Assembly (NCBI GenBank): GCA_965214095.1
Contig: OZ243938.1
Span: 2,016,001 to 2,080,000 of the forward strand
Source of the DNA: Candidatus Poribacteria bacterium
Lineage (GTDB): Bacteria; Poribacteria; WGA-4E; WGA-3G
Direction: 5' to 3'
Length of the DNA stretch: 64,000 nt
Shown: in pieces, positions 31,617-41,548 of the stretch
How positions within the stretch are numbered: the stretch's first letter is position 1
Layout: the number at the start of each line of letters is the position of its first letter
Notes under the pieces: generated by a model
What the model was told of the DNA's origin: nothing
Database searches by the model: none
What the model saw: the letters and a program-made list of their open reading frames with translations, nothing else
Program-made: the position numbers and the translations under genes

Positions 31617-32855
31617 ATGTCCGTACAGACCTATATTAAGGACAATCAAGCAGCGTTGTGTAAGTTGCTGCAAGAACTTGTCAAGATTCCTACCGTCAAT
31701 CCACCAGGGGAAAACTATACCGAGATTGTTGAATTACTTGAAGAGAAGTGCAATGCGTTAGGAATGAAGACAAGAGTCGTTAAGGTTACCAAGCGACGGG
31801 CAGAACAAGTTATATCAAACGTCTCTACCCATCCGAGATTAAACCTAATTGCACGTTGGGATGTTGGTGCAGAAAAGACGGTGCATTTCAACGCACACTT
31901 TGATGTGGTACCAGTTGCAGGAGAGTGGCGATTTGATAATCCGTTCAGTGGGAAGATTGATGGGGAATGGCTTTACGGACGCGGTTCCGATGATATGAAA
32001 GATTCCATCGCTGCCTTGTTATTCGCAATTCAGGCAGTGCAGGCGAGTGGAAGTGAACCGAAGTTTAACATAGAATGCTCGTTCACGTGTGATGAAGAAA
32101 CTGGGGGACAGTTGGGGGCAGGTTATATCGTTGAGAAGGGATTGGTCAATGCGGATTATGTTGTCAATTGCGAAGGCGGTTCTGAAATGAACATTGGTAA
32201 TGGACATAACGGTGTTTTGTGGTGTGAAATTGATGTTCAAGGAAAAGCAGCACACGGATCTCAACCGGACAAAGGGATAAATGCTTTTGAGAAATCTGCG
32301 GAACTTGTATCAGCACTGCAACGGGTTAAACGGGATTTGAAGTCTCCTGATCGCGCATTTAAGTTGCCTGATGGTAGTGAACGTTTTCCAACTATGAACA
32401 TCGGTGGCACATTTCGCGGCACAGAAGGCGATAAAGTCAACACCGTGCCGGCACATCTCACATTTTCGATAGATAGACGTGTTACCCCGAATGAAAAACT
32501 GGAGTTTGCGGAACTTGAACTACGTGAAGCGATTGTAGGCGCGTGTGATTACTATCCTGACTTAAAAGCGGATGTACGTGCTATTTTACGAATTGAACCC
32601 TGTCTAACGGATCCCGAATCACCTTTAGCACAAGGTTTTGCTGATGCTGTGCGAACGGTTCGTTTTCATCAACCGCGGTTTAAGAGCACTGCTGGATTTA
32701 CAGATTTACACTATTTTGTAAATACAGGTCTACCGGGTATTGGCTATGGACCGAAGGGTGAGGGTGGACATGCAATAAATGAACGGGTCTTTATTCCTGA
32801 CTTGGTGCGGACATCTGCTATCTATGCCACCTTTATGACGCGTGCTGAACTATAA
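31617..32855 (+). CDS. M20-family metallopeptidase / ArgE-DapE-like deacylase
   Basis: HFNAHFDVVP, YGRGSDDMK, DEETGG, GKAAHGS, HAINE; start MSVQTY after AGGAG. Confidence 0.88.
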   Translation: MSVQTYIKDNQAALCKLLQELVKIPTVNPPGENYTEIVELLEEKCNALGMKTRVVKVTKRRAEQVISNVSTHPRLNLIARWDVGAEKTVHFNAHFDVVPVAGEWRFDNPFSGKIDGEWLYGRGSDDMKDSIAALLFAIQAVQASGSEPKFNIECSFTCDEETGGQLGAGYIVEKGLVNADYVVNCEGGSEMNIGNGHNGVLWCEIDVQGKAAHGSQPDKGINAFEKSAELVSALQRVKRDLKSPDRAFKLPDGSERFPTMNIGGTFRGTEGDKVNTVPAHLTFSIDRRVTPNEKLEFAELELREAIVGACDYYPDLKADVRAILRIEPCLTDPESPLAQGFADAVRTVRFHQPRFKSTAGFTDLHYFVNTGLPGIGYGPKGEGGHAINERVFIPDLVRTSAIYATFMTRAEL

Positions 32856-33078
32856 CCACAAGCAATTGTAGCACAAGATCTCCACTCCTCAACGATCTGT
32901 ATTGTAATAGCATATCTAAAAATGACTCAGGATTACCAAAGTATGTGTTCAATGTGAATGTCTTATGTACATTCAGCAAGCGTACTTCATTGCGCCTCGG
33001 ACATTCTTCACCTCAGTGTGAACCTATCATCTCATAATGAAGTCTTATTTTTCAGAAATAGTATAAGGATTGGTATAA

Positions 33079-35127
33079 ATGCCAGACCCAAAACCGGCTC
33101 CATTCAATTTCACCCCAAACGACCCTACAGGAACAACTTGGGCATTACCGGAAGGTGCAATTGTCCGCTTGGGAAAAGGATTCCAAAATCCTACTGACAC
33201 CCGAGAGATGGCACTTTCTCCTGATGAAACATGTTTCGCTGTCGGTACACGTATAGGACTCTGGTGGTATGACGTGGCTTCAATGACACCCATTGCATTG
33301 TGGGAAACAGAACGGGGATTGATCTCCATCGTTGAAATTTCACCTGATGGTAAACTAATTGCGTTAGCCAATTGGGATGCTATCATCAAAGTACGTGACA
33401 TTCAGAACGGTGAATGTGTATCAGAAATAAATCAATCGGAAATTCATCATACTTGTGGACATATCTCATTTTCTCCAGACAGTTGTTGGTTGTTCATCGT
33501 GAGTGCAGATAGTAATGTTAAAGTTCTTGATGTTCAAAGTGGTGAATGCATCGCTCAGATGGAGCAAGAAACAAATGATGTGCACGCAAGTCAAATTTCT
33601 AAACTTCGATTTTCGCCAGATGGACACCACGTCGCATCCACAATAGGTGATCAAACTTACTTGTGGGATCCTAAGACAGGGGTCATAACCGCTAAATTTA
33701 CTGGCAGGAATTTTGCTTTCTCTCCAGACAGTCGCCTGGTGGCGTGTGAGAATCCATATAAAACACCTGATTCTAATCCTGTTCGCTGGGCAAGCGATGT
33801 TTCAGTGTGGGATATAGGAACAGGTGAGCGCATTGCGTACATTAAGGACCACCAACATTTGGTAAACTCTATCAGATTTTCACCGTGTAATGAATATATG
33901 GTAACAAGTGATAGATATGGTTCTCTAAATATATGGAATCTAACGAAGGGTTGTCTGGATAAATCTGTTACTGACTATGAAAAGTCACGTGTAGTTCCTT
34001 ATTATTTACCGGATGGAACACTACTTGCGACCATTTTTAACCGTGAAATAATTGAGGTATGGAACATAGAACAGCATGAAAAAGTCCAATCTTATGAACT
34101 ACCCATTGAAAGTATTGGATATAGATGGTTTTCTAAATGTCCGAAGTTAGCGATAGCCAACTCCTCATCTAATAGACAGACCATATCCAAAAAGACACTT
34201 ACCTTTCCAACACTTACCGAACCAATCTGTTTTCCGCGTCCGGTTAAGTTTACTAACGAAGAAGAACTTGCCATCCGAGGAAATATACGAGATATTATAT
34301 TATGGGATATTAAAAGCGACCAGACACAGACAATATCTTACCCGACAGAATATAATGAAGGTATTAAGTCTTTTACTTTTCTACCGGCAGGGGATATACT
34401 CGTTGTTGACTGGAATCATAACCACAACGTCTACAGGGTGATTAAGATTAGTGAATCAGACGCTATTCCGATCACTGAGTTTACACCTCCTATTCAGTTA
34501 GGAAATGATACTTTTACACTTTTAAATGAACGTATAGCTTTTTCAGGTAAAGGCGGTGTAATCTATTTCTGGAATCTTAAGCACAGTGAAATACCAAGAC
34601 AATTTATAGGACATACCGATCATATTTGGTCGTTAGCCTTTTCTCCAGATGGAAAAAGACTCGTGAGCGGAGCAGGTGATAAAACCGCGCGGATATGGAA
34701 CTGCGAGACAGGCGAAGAAGTAGCTAGGTTACCTTTAGAAACACCTATAACAACAAGAGCATTAGCTTATTCACCGTGCGGCAGTATGATAGCTGGGGGA
34801 ATGTTTGGTAAAATCTACCTATGGTGTGGTGAAAAAATGACAATAACACGTGTAATACCCCAACCGGAAGACAGTCATAAACTTTATACTCTCGGTTTTT
34901 CTCCATGTGGACGATATCTTGTATCTGGCACTTGGTGGCAGGAAGGAATGAAGAAAATGGCAATACGATTATGGGAAGTTTCTACTGGTGCAAATATCCA
35001 TACATTCTGGGGACATACAACTGATAATGAATTTCTGGAGTTTTCACCAGATGGCACGATCCTTGTGAGTGGTAGTTTTGATGGTACCGTCCTATTGTGG
35101 GATGTGAAGCCGTTTATAGACACGTGA
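33079..35127 (+). CDS. WD40-repeat protein
   Basis: WALPEGAIVRLGKG N-terminus; GHTDHIWSLAFSPDG...IW, GHT...FSPDG...LWD. Confidence 0.9.
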   Translation: MPDPKPAPFNFTPNDPTGTTWALPEGAIVRLGKGFQNPTDTREMALSPDETCFAVGTRIGLWWYDVASMTPIALWETERGLISIVEISPDGKLIALANWDAIIKVRDIQNGECVSEINQSEIHHTCGHISFSPDSCWLFIVSADSNVKVLDVQSGECIAQMEQETNDVHASQISKLRFSPDGHHVASTIGDQTYLWDPKTGVITAKFTGRNFAFSPDSRLVACENPYKTPDSNPVRWASDVSVWDIGTGERIAYIKDHQHLVNSIRFSPCNEYMVTSDRYGSLNIWNLTKGCLDKSVTDYEKSRVVPYYLPDGTLLATIFNREIIEVWNIEQHEKVQSYELPIESIGYRWFSKCPKLAIANSSSNRQTISKKTLTFPTLTEPICFPRPVKFTNEEELAIRGNIRDIILWDIKSDQTQTISYPTEYNEGIKSFTFLPAGDILVVDWNHNHNVYRVIKISESDAIPITEFTPPIQLGNDTFTLLNERIAFSGKGGVIYFWNLKHSEIPRQFIGHTDHIWSLAFSPDGKRLVSGAGDKTARIWNCETGEEVARLPLETPITTRALAYSPCGSMIAGGMFGKIYLWCGEKMTITRVIPQPEDSHKLYTLGFSPCGRYLVSGTWWQEGMKKMAIRLWEVSTGANIHTFWGHTTDNEFLEFSPDGTILVSGSFDGTVLLWDVKPFIDT

Positions 35128-35242
35128 AGATTTAGAGACAAAATCATATCATAGCATTTCTGATAGACAATATCCAATTGAGAAATAAACCGTCAGGGTT
35201 ATTTAGATTTATAAATTGCTAGTTGATGAGTTTTACTAAGAG

Positions 35243-35374
35243 CTAGTGTTCTGTCTACACTAAAATTGTAGGTCGGGTAGAGGCACGAAACCCGACATGC
35301 AGCCATTTATCATCAATAAAGTCGGGTGTCGTGCCTCTACCCGACCTACAATATAAGAATGGACACTCCACTAG
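35243..35374. mobile_element. CTAG-ended MITE-like element containing an inverted REP pair
   Basis: Ends CTAGTG.../...CACTAG; internal 24-bp perfect inverted repeat ATTGTAGGTCGGGTAGAGGCACGA / TCGTGCCTCTACCCGACCTACAAT. Confidence 0.6.
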
Positions 35375-35396
35375 GTTTGAATTATAGCAATGCATA

Positions 35397-35463
35397 GTAG
35401 TAGGCACACTCCGTGTGCCGTAATCTTCTCTCAGGTGGACGACACGCGGAGCGTGCCTACTAC
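35397..35463. repeat. Inverted GTAG-type REP pair
   Basis: GTAGTAGGCACACTCCGTGTGCCG ... CGGAGCGTGCCTACTAC; same family as 4424-4520. Confidence 0.7.
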
Positions 35464-35728
35464 CATGATGAATTCGCAACTAACATGATTTACAATACAT
35501 TAACGGCTGTGATAAAATGCATCAAAAATATGGAAAACTAAATAACCTGATAAACCGTTCGTAGTCGCGCAATTCATTGCGCCTCGGACATTTCTGGTAT
35601 TTGAAGACAGCAGCACCAGCGGTGCGAAAGGTGTTTAGAAAACATATCGGACCAAAAGCGTGCATATATTTTGGATTTCACTCTAAAACGCACTTTGGAC
35701 CGACTCAGAACTCTTAAGAGAATAACCA

Positions 35729-36025
35729 ATGAACAAGAAATTCCAACGACACATTGAAGATTTTACCTGCGGTAATTGTGAAGTGTTTGTAAAGGGGAAT
35801 GGATACACCAATCACTGTCCAGAATGTCTATGGAGTCAACATGTAGATATTAATCCGGGGGATCGCGCTGAAAGTTGTAAAGGACTGATGGAACCGGTAG
35901 GATTTACTATGAAAAAAGGTGAATACATCCTGATCCATCGCTGTACCGTGTGCGGAACATCAAAGAACAATAAGACATCAAGAAATGATAGTTTTGAGGT
36001 AATACTCAGTTTACAAGGAGGATAA
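35729..36025 (+). CDS. RNHCP-domain zinc-ribbon protein
   Basis: FTCGNC...TNHCPECLWSQHVD..PGDRA..CKGLMEP...HRCTVCG. Confidence 0.85.
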   Translation: MNKKFQRHIEDFTCGNCEVFVKGNGYTNHCPECLWSQHVDINPGDRAESCKGLMEPVGFTMKKGEYILIHRCTVCGTSKNNKTSRNDSFEVILSLQGG

Positions 36026-36027
36026 CA

Positions 36028-36942
36028 ATGGACAAAAAAGGTATTGCAGCAGTTATTGCTATAGTGGTTTCTGTCATTGCAGCCATCGTTCTTGCGGTGC
36101 TGCTATATACAACATCTGACAAACTCAAGCAGACAGAATCAGACCTGTCTACTACTAAAACTAACTTAGAGACGACTCAAGCAACGCTACAAAAAACCGA
36201 GACTGCAAAAACAGGATTGGAAAAGAAGTTAGCTGAAACTGGGAAAACACTGACAGATACACAATCTGAATTAACCCAAACAAAAGAGATACTGGAGAAT
36301 GCAAGTGAAGCGGCGCGAAAAATCGCTGCTGATCGGAACAAACTCCAACAGGACAAGAGTAAGCTTGAAAGCGAAAAAGAAGGTCTCAGAGCACAACTTA
36401 ACAAAATTGAGTCTGAACTACAACGGATACGCGAGCAATCACAACGTTCAATTGCCGCAATCCAAGATAGATTCAAAGACTCAGTCGGTGCAGTATTAGA
36501 TGAAGCAGGACGATTGACCCTTGATGTAAAGGGAAAAATCCTGTTTGAAACAGGAAGTGCAATTCTTAGTAAAGAGGGAAAAGAACTACTTGATGCAATT
36601 GCGGAAGAGGTGTTGTTGAACAAAGACTATGCGGATTATGCGATTCGTGTTGAGGGACATACTGACAACAATCCTATTGCAGGCGATGAATTGCGAAACT
36701 GGGACTTATCAACGCAACGTTCAATCTCTGCGGTGAAATATTTGCAGGAAAATGCTAAAATTGATCCGAAACGTTTGTCTGGAACAGGGTATGCGTTCTA
36801 TCAACCGATAGATACCGCTGAAACTACGGAGGCAAAAGCAAAAAATAGACGGATTGAGATTATACTTGTGCCACCTCAAGATTTCTCTACAGAATTGCTC
36901 AAGTCATTACAAAAAGTAATGGAATCTATTGAGGCAAAGTAG
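36028..36942 (+). CDS. OmpA/MotB-family peptidoglycan-binding membrane protein with coiled coil
   Basis: N-terminal TM, heptad region, ILFETGSA, VEGHTDN, NWDLSTQR, NRRIEI. Confidence 0.88.
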   Translation: MDKKGIAAVIAIVVSVIAAIVLAVLLYTTSDKLKQTESDLSTTKTNLETTQATLQKTETAKTGLEKKLAETGKTLTDTQSELTQTKEILENASEAARKIAADRNKLQQDKSKLESEKEGLRAQLNKIESELQRIREQSQRSIAAIQDRFKDSVGAVLDEAGRLTLDVKGKILFETGSAILSKEGKELLDAIAEEVLLNKDYADYAIRVEGHTDNNPIAGDELRNWDLSTQRSISAVKYLQENAKIDPKRLSGTGYAFYQPIDTAETTEAKAKNRRIEIILVPPQDFSTELLKSLQKVMESIEAK

Positions 36943-36947
36943 CAAAC

Positions 36948-37057
36948 TATAGTGGAATTTACAATTAATAGGACACGCCTCAGAGGGCGAGGGAACCTCG
37001 CCCCTACGGCACTTGAAAGCGCATTGAAATGTCTTCTTAATTCTAAACTATACTATA
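36948..37057. mobile_element. TATAGT-ended MITE with REP hairpin between convergent genes
   Basis: Imperfect TIRs TATAGT...GACAC / TGTC...ACTATA; internal GGGCGAGGGAACCTCGCCCCTACG. Confidence 0.6.
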
Positions 37058-37100
37058 AAATAGTTAAATGTTGCTGAACTATGTTATCCATAGTTGCTTT

Positions 37101-37910
37101 CTACTCTGTCGTTTTCTCTGAACTTTTTGCTTGGCTTGCGAGTTTTGCTGCTTGCCTTGCCAACCTTTTTGCACCGTCAATCTGTTCCAGCATTTTTGCA
37201 TTTGACCACGAGATTGACAGGAGATAACGAATTTCATCGGGTTTGTTCAAGGTCTCAACACCCACAGCAATCTGAAGTCCACTATTGGCAGTATGTCGAA
37301 CACCAGCGTTAACACCGGTCCCATCATATTCCAGATTGAACCCTATATCGCCTCTGGCAAAAGCAGGAGATATTTCTGTGCTTACACCTGCAAAGAATCC
37401 AATAGGTTGTTCATCATCTGCAAATCGGTTATTGCCAATACCGATATGTCCCGATATCAGATGGATACGTGGCAGGTTGAACGTTTTACTGATGACAAGA
37501 TATGATGATTGGGATTGGTAGGTGTTCCACTTATAACTAACTTTATCACCGAGATTCTCTATACCTAACGCAACATTTGGAATTAATCCAGATTCAGTTA
37601 CAATGTGTGCTTTTACATGGGCTAAAAACGAACGAGAAGCGTCATTACTATGAGGTAATATATGTGTCGCTCCAAATTCTAATCTATCAAACATACCGAA
37701 GCTGACACGAAAAATGACAGTATTACGTTGAAATTGTGATACATCCTGGAAGGGAGCGTATACTCCTACCCCAAATATACCGTGTTTTAGGACTTTACCT
37801 GTCGGAATATCTACCAATCCGCTATCACTAAAGATTTCACTTCTAACGTTAGTTGAAAACATGCAGAAAATAGTAAACAGTAAAATTAACAACATCAGAT
37901 GTTTGGACAT
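37101..37910 (-). CDS. Exported beta-strand-rich protein, YjbH-like
   Basis: Signal peptide; SGLVDIPTG N-terminal motif; alternating beta-barrel-like segments; LEYDG. Confidence 0.5.
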   Translation of the reverse strand: MSKHLMLLILLFTIFCMFSTNVRSEIFSDSGLVDIPTGKVLKHGIFGVGVYAPFQDVSQFQRNTVIFRVSFGMFDRLEFGATHILPHSNDASRSFLAHVKAHIVTESGLIPNVALGIENLGDKVSYKWNTYQSQSSYLVISKTFNLPRIHLISGHIGIGNNRFADDEQPIGFFAGVSTEISPAFARGDIGFNLEYDGTGVNAGVRHTANSGLQIAVGVETLNKPDEIRYLLSISWSNAKMLEQIDGAKRLARQAAKLASQAKSSEKTTE

Positions 37911-37915
37911 AGATG

Positions 37916-38590
37916 TTACTCCATATAGCGGATACCATCGGGAGTACCGATGATAACCTTATCCGCACGATCTACAAAAATGCCGTTTTCTACGACACCA
38001 GGGATATTGTTCAATTGTAATTCAACCTTCTCTGGTTCTGTGATACCATCAAAATGACAGTCCAAGATATAGTTTCCGTTGTCTGTGATTAACGGATTCT
38101 GAATTCCGCCGCGCAATTCCGATTGTCCGCATATTTGGTCAACGACTCTCTTGGTTGCCTCCCACCCGAACTGCACGATTTCTACAGGTAAAGCGAACGA
38201 AGTGCCGAGTACCTGTGACACTTTGCTTTCATCAACGACAATCAAAATTCGTTGTGAAGCATTAGCGATAATCTTTTCTCTGACGAGTGCTGCACCACCC
38301 CCCTTAATTAAGTTTAGGTGTGCATCTACTTCGTCAGCACCGTCAATAGTTAACTCTATAATAGGATGTGCTGCAAGTGTGGAAAGTGGAATACCTTGTT
38401 CAGCGGCGATTTGCTCAGTGCCTGAAGATGTCGGAATCCCGATGATATTGAGTCCATCTCGAACCATCGTTCCAATCTTCAACAGTGCGTAATATACAGT
38501 TGAACCCGTACCTAATCCGACAACCATACCCTCTCGGATTTCTTCGGTGGCTTTTTCAGCTGCAATTTTTTTTAGTTGTTCAACGTTCAT
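37916..38590 (-). CDS. rpiA: Ribose-5-phosphate isomerase A
   Basis: VGLGTGST, DGADEVD, IKGGGAALVREK, TDNGNYILD, PGVVENG. Confidence 0.96.
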   Translation of the reverse strand: MNVEQLKKIAAEKATEEIREGMVVGLGTGSTVYYALLKIGTMVRDGLNIIGIPTSSGTEQIAAEQGIPLSTLAAHPIIELTIDGADEVDAHLNLIKGGGAALVREKIIANASQRILIVVDESKVSQVLGTSFALPVEIVQFGWEATKRVVDQICGQSELRGGIQNPLITDNGNYILDCHFDGITEPEKVELQLNNIPGVVENGIFVDRADKVIIGTPDGIRYME

Positions 38591-39561
38591 AATTCTATCC
38601 GTCTATTTTCTTGTATTGATTGTGCTGTGGCAAGACTTATTCGGATTGCAGAGAGTGCAACCTCTGCATCTACTAAACAAGGTTCGTGCTGTTCTGAGTT
38701 TTGAATTTCGGATATCCAAAGTTCCTGAATTGTGGGTTGACGGGTATTTGGAATTGTCAAGTCCATAACATTTGTCTGTGTTGAACATCTCCACCCGTTT
38801 CCATCATCGGATAATGTGCCTTCGGTGAGAACATATCGCTCATGCTGCTCTGCGGTGTTTATGGCAATGCCTCCTGTCCAACTCCACTGACCGATGCCAC
38901 CCTATTTGAATTCAACGGTGACGGTATTCACAAAGCGTTCATATTGTCCAGCATCGGTTAGTCCTTCATATTTTGCACCACCTTGCACCCATTTCGCACC
39001 ACCGAACAGATCAACGATAGGATATATATGGTAGACAAAGAAGTGTGCAGGTATTCCTGAGACAGGCAGGTTGAAGAGAATTTCAGGACGCGCACCACGA
39101 CCTGGTGTTAACCGGATAAATGATGTGAGAAGTAAATCACCCAATTCAGAAGCCTTTTGCTTGAGTGCAACGTGGGTGTTTGATACAACTTCAGGATGGG
39201 AAACTCGTAGGACTCGAGCGCGCGCTTTGGCAAGATGCAAAACCATCTCACCTTCATCAACACTGTTCGCAAGTGGATATTCCACAAAAACATGCTTGTC
39301 TGCTTGCAAAGCAGCGATTGCAATTTCACCGTGGCTGTTATTGTGTGTGCAGATTAGAACAGCATCAATATCGTCTTGTTCAACCAGTTGATTCCAATCA
39401 GAGATAAACGTAGCAGCCGATTCAGTCGCGAGTTGTTTTCCTGTTTGTGCGTTTCTGGAGGAAATAGCAACTACTTCTGCTGTTTCTAAAGATGATAATC
39501 GTGAAAAATGGTTCCGTGCCATACCTCCTGAGCCAACGATACCTATTTTTATATTCCTCAT
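38587..39561 (-). pseudogene. Gfo/Idh/MocA oxidoreductase interrupted by a single in-frame TAG (38902-38904)
   Basis: GIVGSGGM, HVFVEYPLA. Past the TAG the frame stays open about 104 codons (GGIGQWSWTGG...QENRRIEL*) and ends in an ATGA overlap with rpiA; the start is in an ATGA overlap with rhaI. Confidence 0.75.
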
Positions 39562-40775
39562 GCCCAACCTTGGCTCTCACCACCGACTCGTGCTTTGCTT
39601 ATCTTTTCATAGTAACCACTCTTCCGATATGCTGTGAGTGGATGTGGGTCTCGGTCCATCTCCAACCGCACCTGTTCAAGTAATGGATTCACATCTGTTT
39701 CATACGCACGTTGAAGGATACTCTCTGCTTCAACGAGGTCAGCAACACCTTGTGCTTCAGCCAATGCTTCTCGGTCAACTAATAATGCTTTTGCATACGC
39801 TTTCTGTAAGTTACACACGGATTGGATACTCGCTTCTACCTTTGGCTTCAAGTTGTGACTCTGGTCAATCATATAGGCGATATCAGTTTCAGTGTCAGGA
39901 TCAAGTTCTGCGGCGACAAGTTCAGTGTATATGAGGAAGAGTTCTTGTGGGTTGATAGACCCTACCGTAAGATCATCGTCTGCATATTTTCTACAGTTGA
40001 AGTGAAATCCACCAAGTTTACCTTCGTCAATTAAGTATGCAACAATGAATTCAATATTAGTACCTTGGGGATGGTGTCCAAGATCGACGAGGACTTGCGC
40101 TTTCGGACCGAGTTTGTTTGCCATCAGGTAAGCAGTACCCCAATCCGCTAAATCGGTGTGATAGAATGCTGGTTCAAAGAACTTATATTCAATCAACATA
40201 CGTGTAGCATCGGGCAATGCATCGTAGACCTCACTCAACGCTTCTGTCATCCACTGTTTACGTCTTCTGAAGTTGGCTTGCCCAGGAAAGTTAGTGCCAT
40301 CAGCAAACCACAAACTCAACAAGTCAGATCCCGTTCTTTTCATGATGTCCACACACTCTAACATGTGATCAATAGCAAGGCGACGTATTTCTACCTCCGG
40401 ATTGCAGACACTACCGAGTTTATATACTTGGTCTTGAAAAACGTTGGGATTGATTGCTCCGATTCCGATTCCAAGATCTGCAGCATATTGTTTCAATGCC
40501 CCCCAATCATCAGTTTTATCCCAAGGGATATGTAGTGCGACAGTAGGAGCAACACCGGTAAACCTATGAACGGTCGCTGCATCTTCTAAACGTTCCGCAG
40601 CATTCCTCGCAGCACCGGGTTGCTCAAAAACACCGAAGCGGGTGCCAGAATTTCCGTACCCCCACGAAGGAGTTTCAATATGTTGGCGTTTGAGGAGTGA
40701 CTTTACTGTCTCTATTTGGATGCCTTGTTTTTCTAATGTTTCGGCTAACAGATTATATGCTGGACTGTTGCTCAT
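39558..40775 (-). CDS. rhaI: L-rhamnose isomerase (RhaI type)
   Basis: [49 protein letters not shown]; start MSNSP after AGGAG. Confidence 0.88.
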   Translation of the reverse strand: MSNSPAYNLLAETLEKQGIQIETVKSLLKRQHIETPSWGYGNSGTRFGVFEQPGAARNAAERLEDAATVHRFTGVAPTVALHIPWDKTDDWGALKQYAADLGIGIGAINPNVFQDQVYKLGSVCNPEVEIRRLAIDHMLECVDIMKRTGSDLLSLWFADGTNFPGQANFRRRKQWMTEALSEVYDALPDATRMLIEYKFFEPAFYHTDLADWGTAYLMANKLGPKAQVLVDLGHHPQGTNIEFIVAYLIDEGKLGGFHFNCRKYADDDLTVGSINPQELFLIYTELVAAELDPDTETDIAYMIDQSHNLKPKVEASIQSVCNLQKAYAKALLVDREALAEAQGVADLVEAESILQRAYETDVNPLLEQVRLEMDRDPHPLTAYRKSGYYEKISKARVGGESQGWA

Positions 40776-40968
40776 ATATGTTTCTCCTGATTGCACTGCA
40801 TATTTCAAGTCCGTTATAATCCAACTCAGACTTGCAAAATGAAGAAAAATCATGCATGATTTATGAGATATTCTAACTAAAGACCCACAATCGTTTTCAT
40901 TAACATTGCTTGATATAGTTTTCAATTATATCATATATCATGCCATTTAACAAACACAATTTGCACAT

Positions 40969-41471
40969 TATAGTGGAATGTAAAAATACGTGTACATTCC
41001 TCGGTAGATGTGGTTTCCTAACCGCATCTATAACACTGAACAAACACCGGTTCGGTTAGGAAACCGAACCATAGGCGTCAATTTAGTGTAAATTAGGCGT
41101 TTTCCCCAGGCCGGTAGGTGCGGTTTCCTAACCGCACGGAACCTGTGCGAGAACCTCTATAAAGGTATTTGGCACAAAGCCGGTTCGGTTAGGAAACCGA
41201 ACCTACCAGTACTTGGAAGGATGCTAAATTGACGCTTATGGTTCGGTTAGGAAACCGAACCTACCGGTACTTGGAAGGACGCTAAATTGACGCATAAGGT
41301 TCGGTTAGGAAACCGAACCTACCGGTACTTGGAAGGACGCTAAATTGACGCATAAGGTTCGGTTAGGAAACCGAACCTACCGGTACTTGGAAGGACGCTA
41401 AATTGACGCATAAGGTTCGGTTAGGAAACCGAACCTACCGTAGTGTGTAAATAATTATGATTTTTGCTATA
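40969..41471. mobile_element. Composite MITE: copy of the 13145-13281 element with a nested ~170-bp insertion and tandem expansion
   Basis: Outer parts match the reverse complement of 13145-13281; inner element 41070-41240 has TIRs CATAGGCGTCAATTTAG / CTAAATTGACGCTTATG. Confidence 0.75.
41182..41440. repeat. 58-bp tandem repeat, 4 full copies plus a partial, each with a REP hairpin
   Basis: Unit GGTTCGGTTAGGAAACCGAACCTACCGGTACTTGGAAGGACGCTAAATTGACGCATAA starting at 41182, 41240, 41298, 41356 and 41414 (partial); the first unit has a few substitutions. Confidence 0.95.
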
Positions 41472-41477
41472 AAACAG

Positions 41478-41519
41478 GCAGGATAAATGGCAAATATTCA
41501 CAATAGCCATTTATCCTGC
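41478..41519 (-). terminator. Intrinsic terminator after the DUF1549/DUF1553 gene
   Basis: 14-bp stem GCAGGATAAATGGC/GCCATTTATCCTGC followed on the minus strand by CTGTTTT. Confidence 0.6.
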
Positions 41520-41548
41520 TCAATGTAGTATAATACTATACTCGAAAA

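Noticed and set aside
41182-41440. CRISPR array (palindromic ~27-bp repeat at regular spacing)
   Set aside because: The intervening sequences are near-identical copies of a MITE end rather than unique spacers, the palindrome is a dispersed REP, and there are no cas genes in the window.
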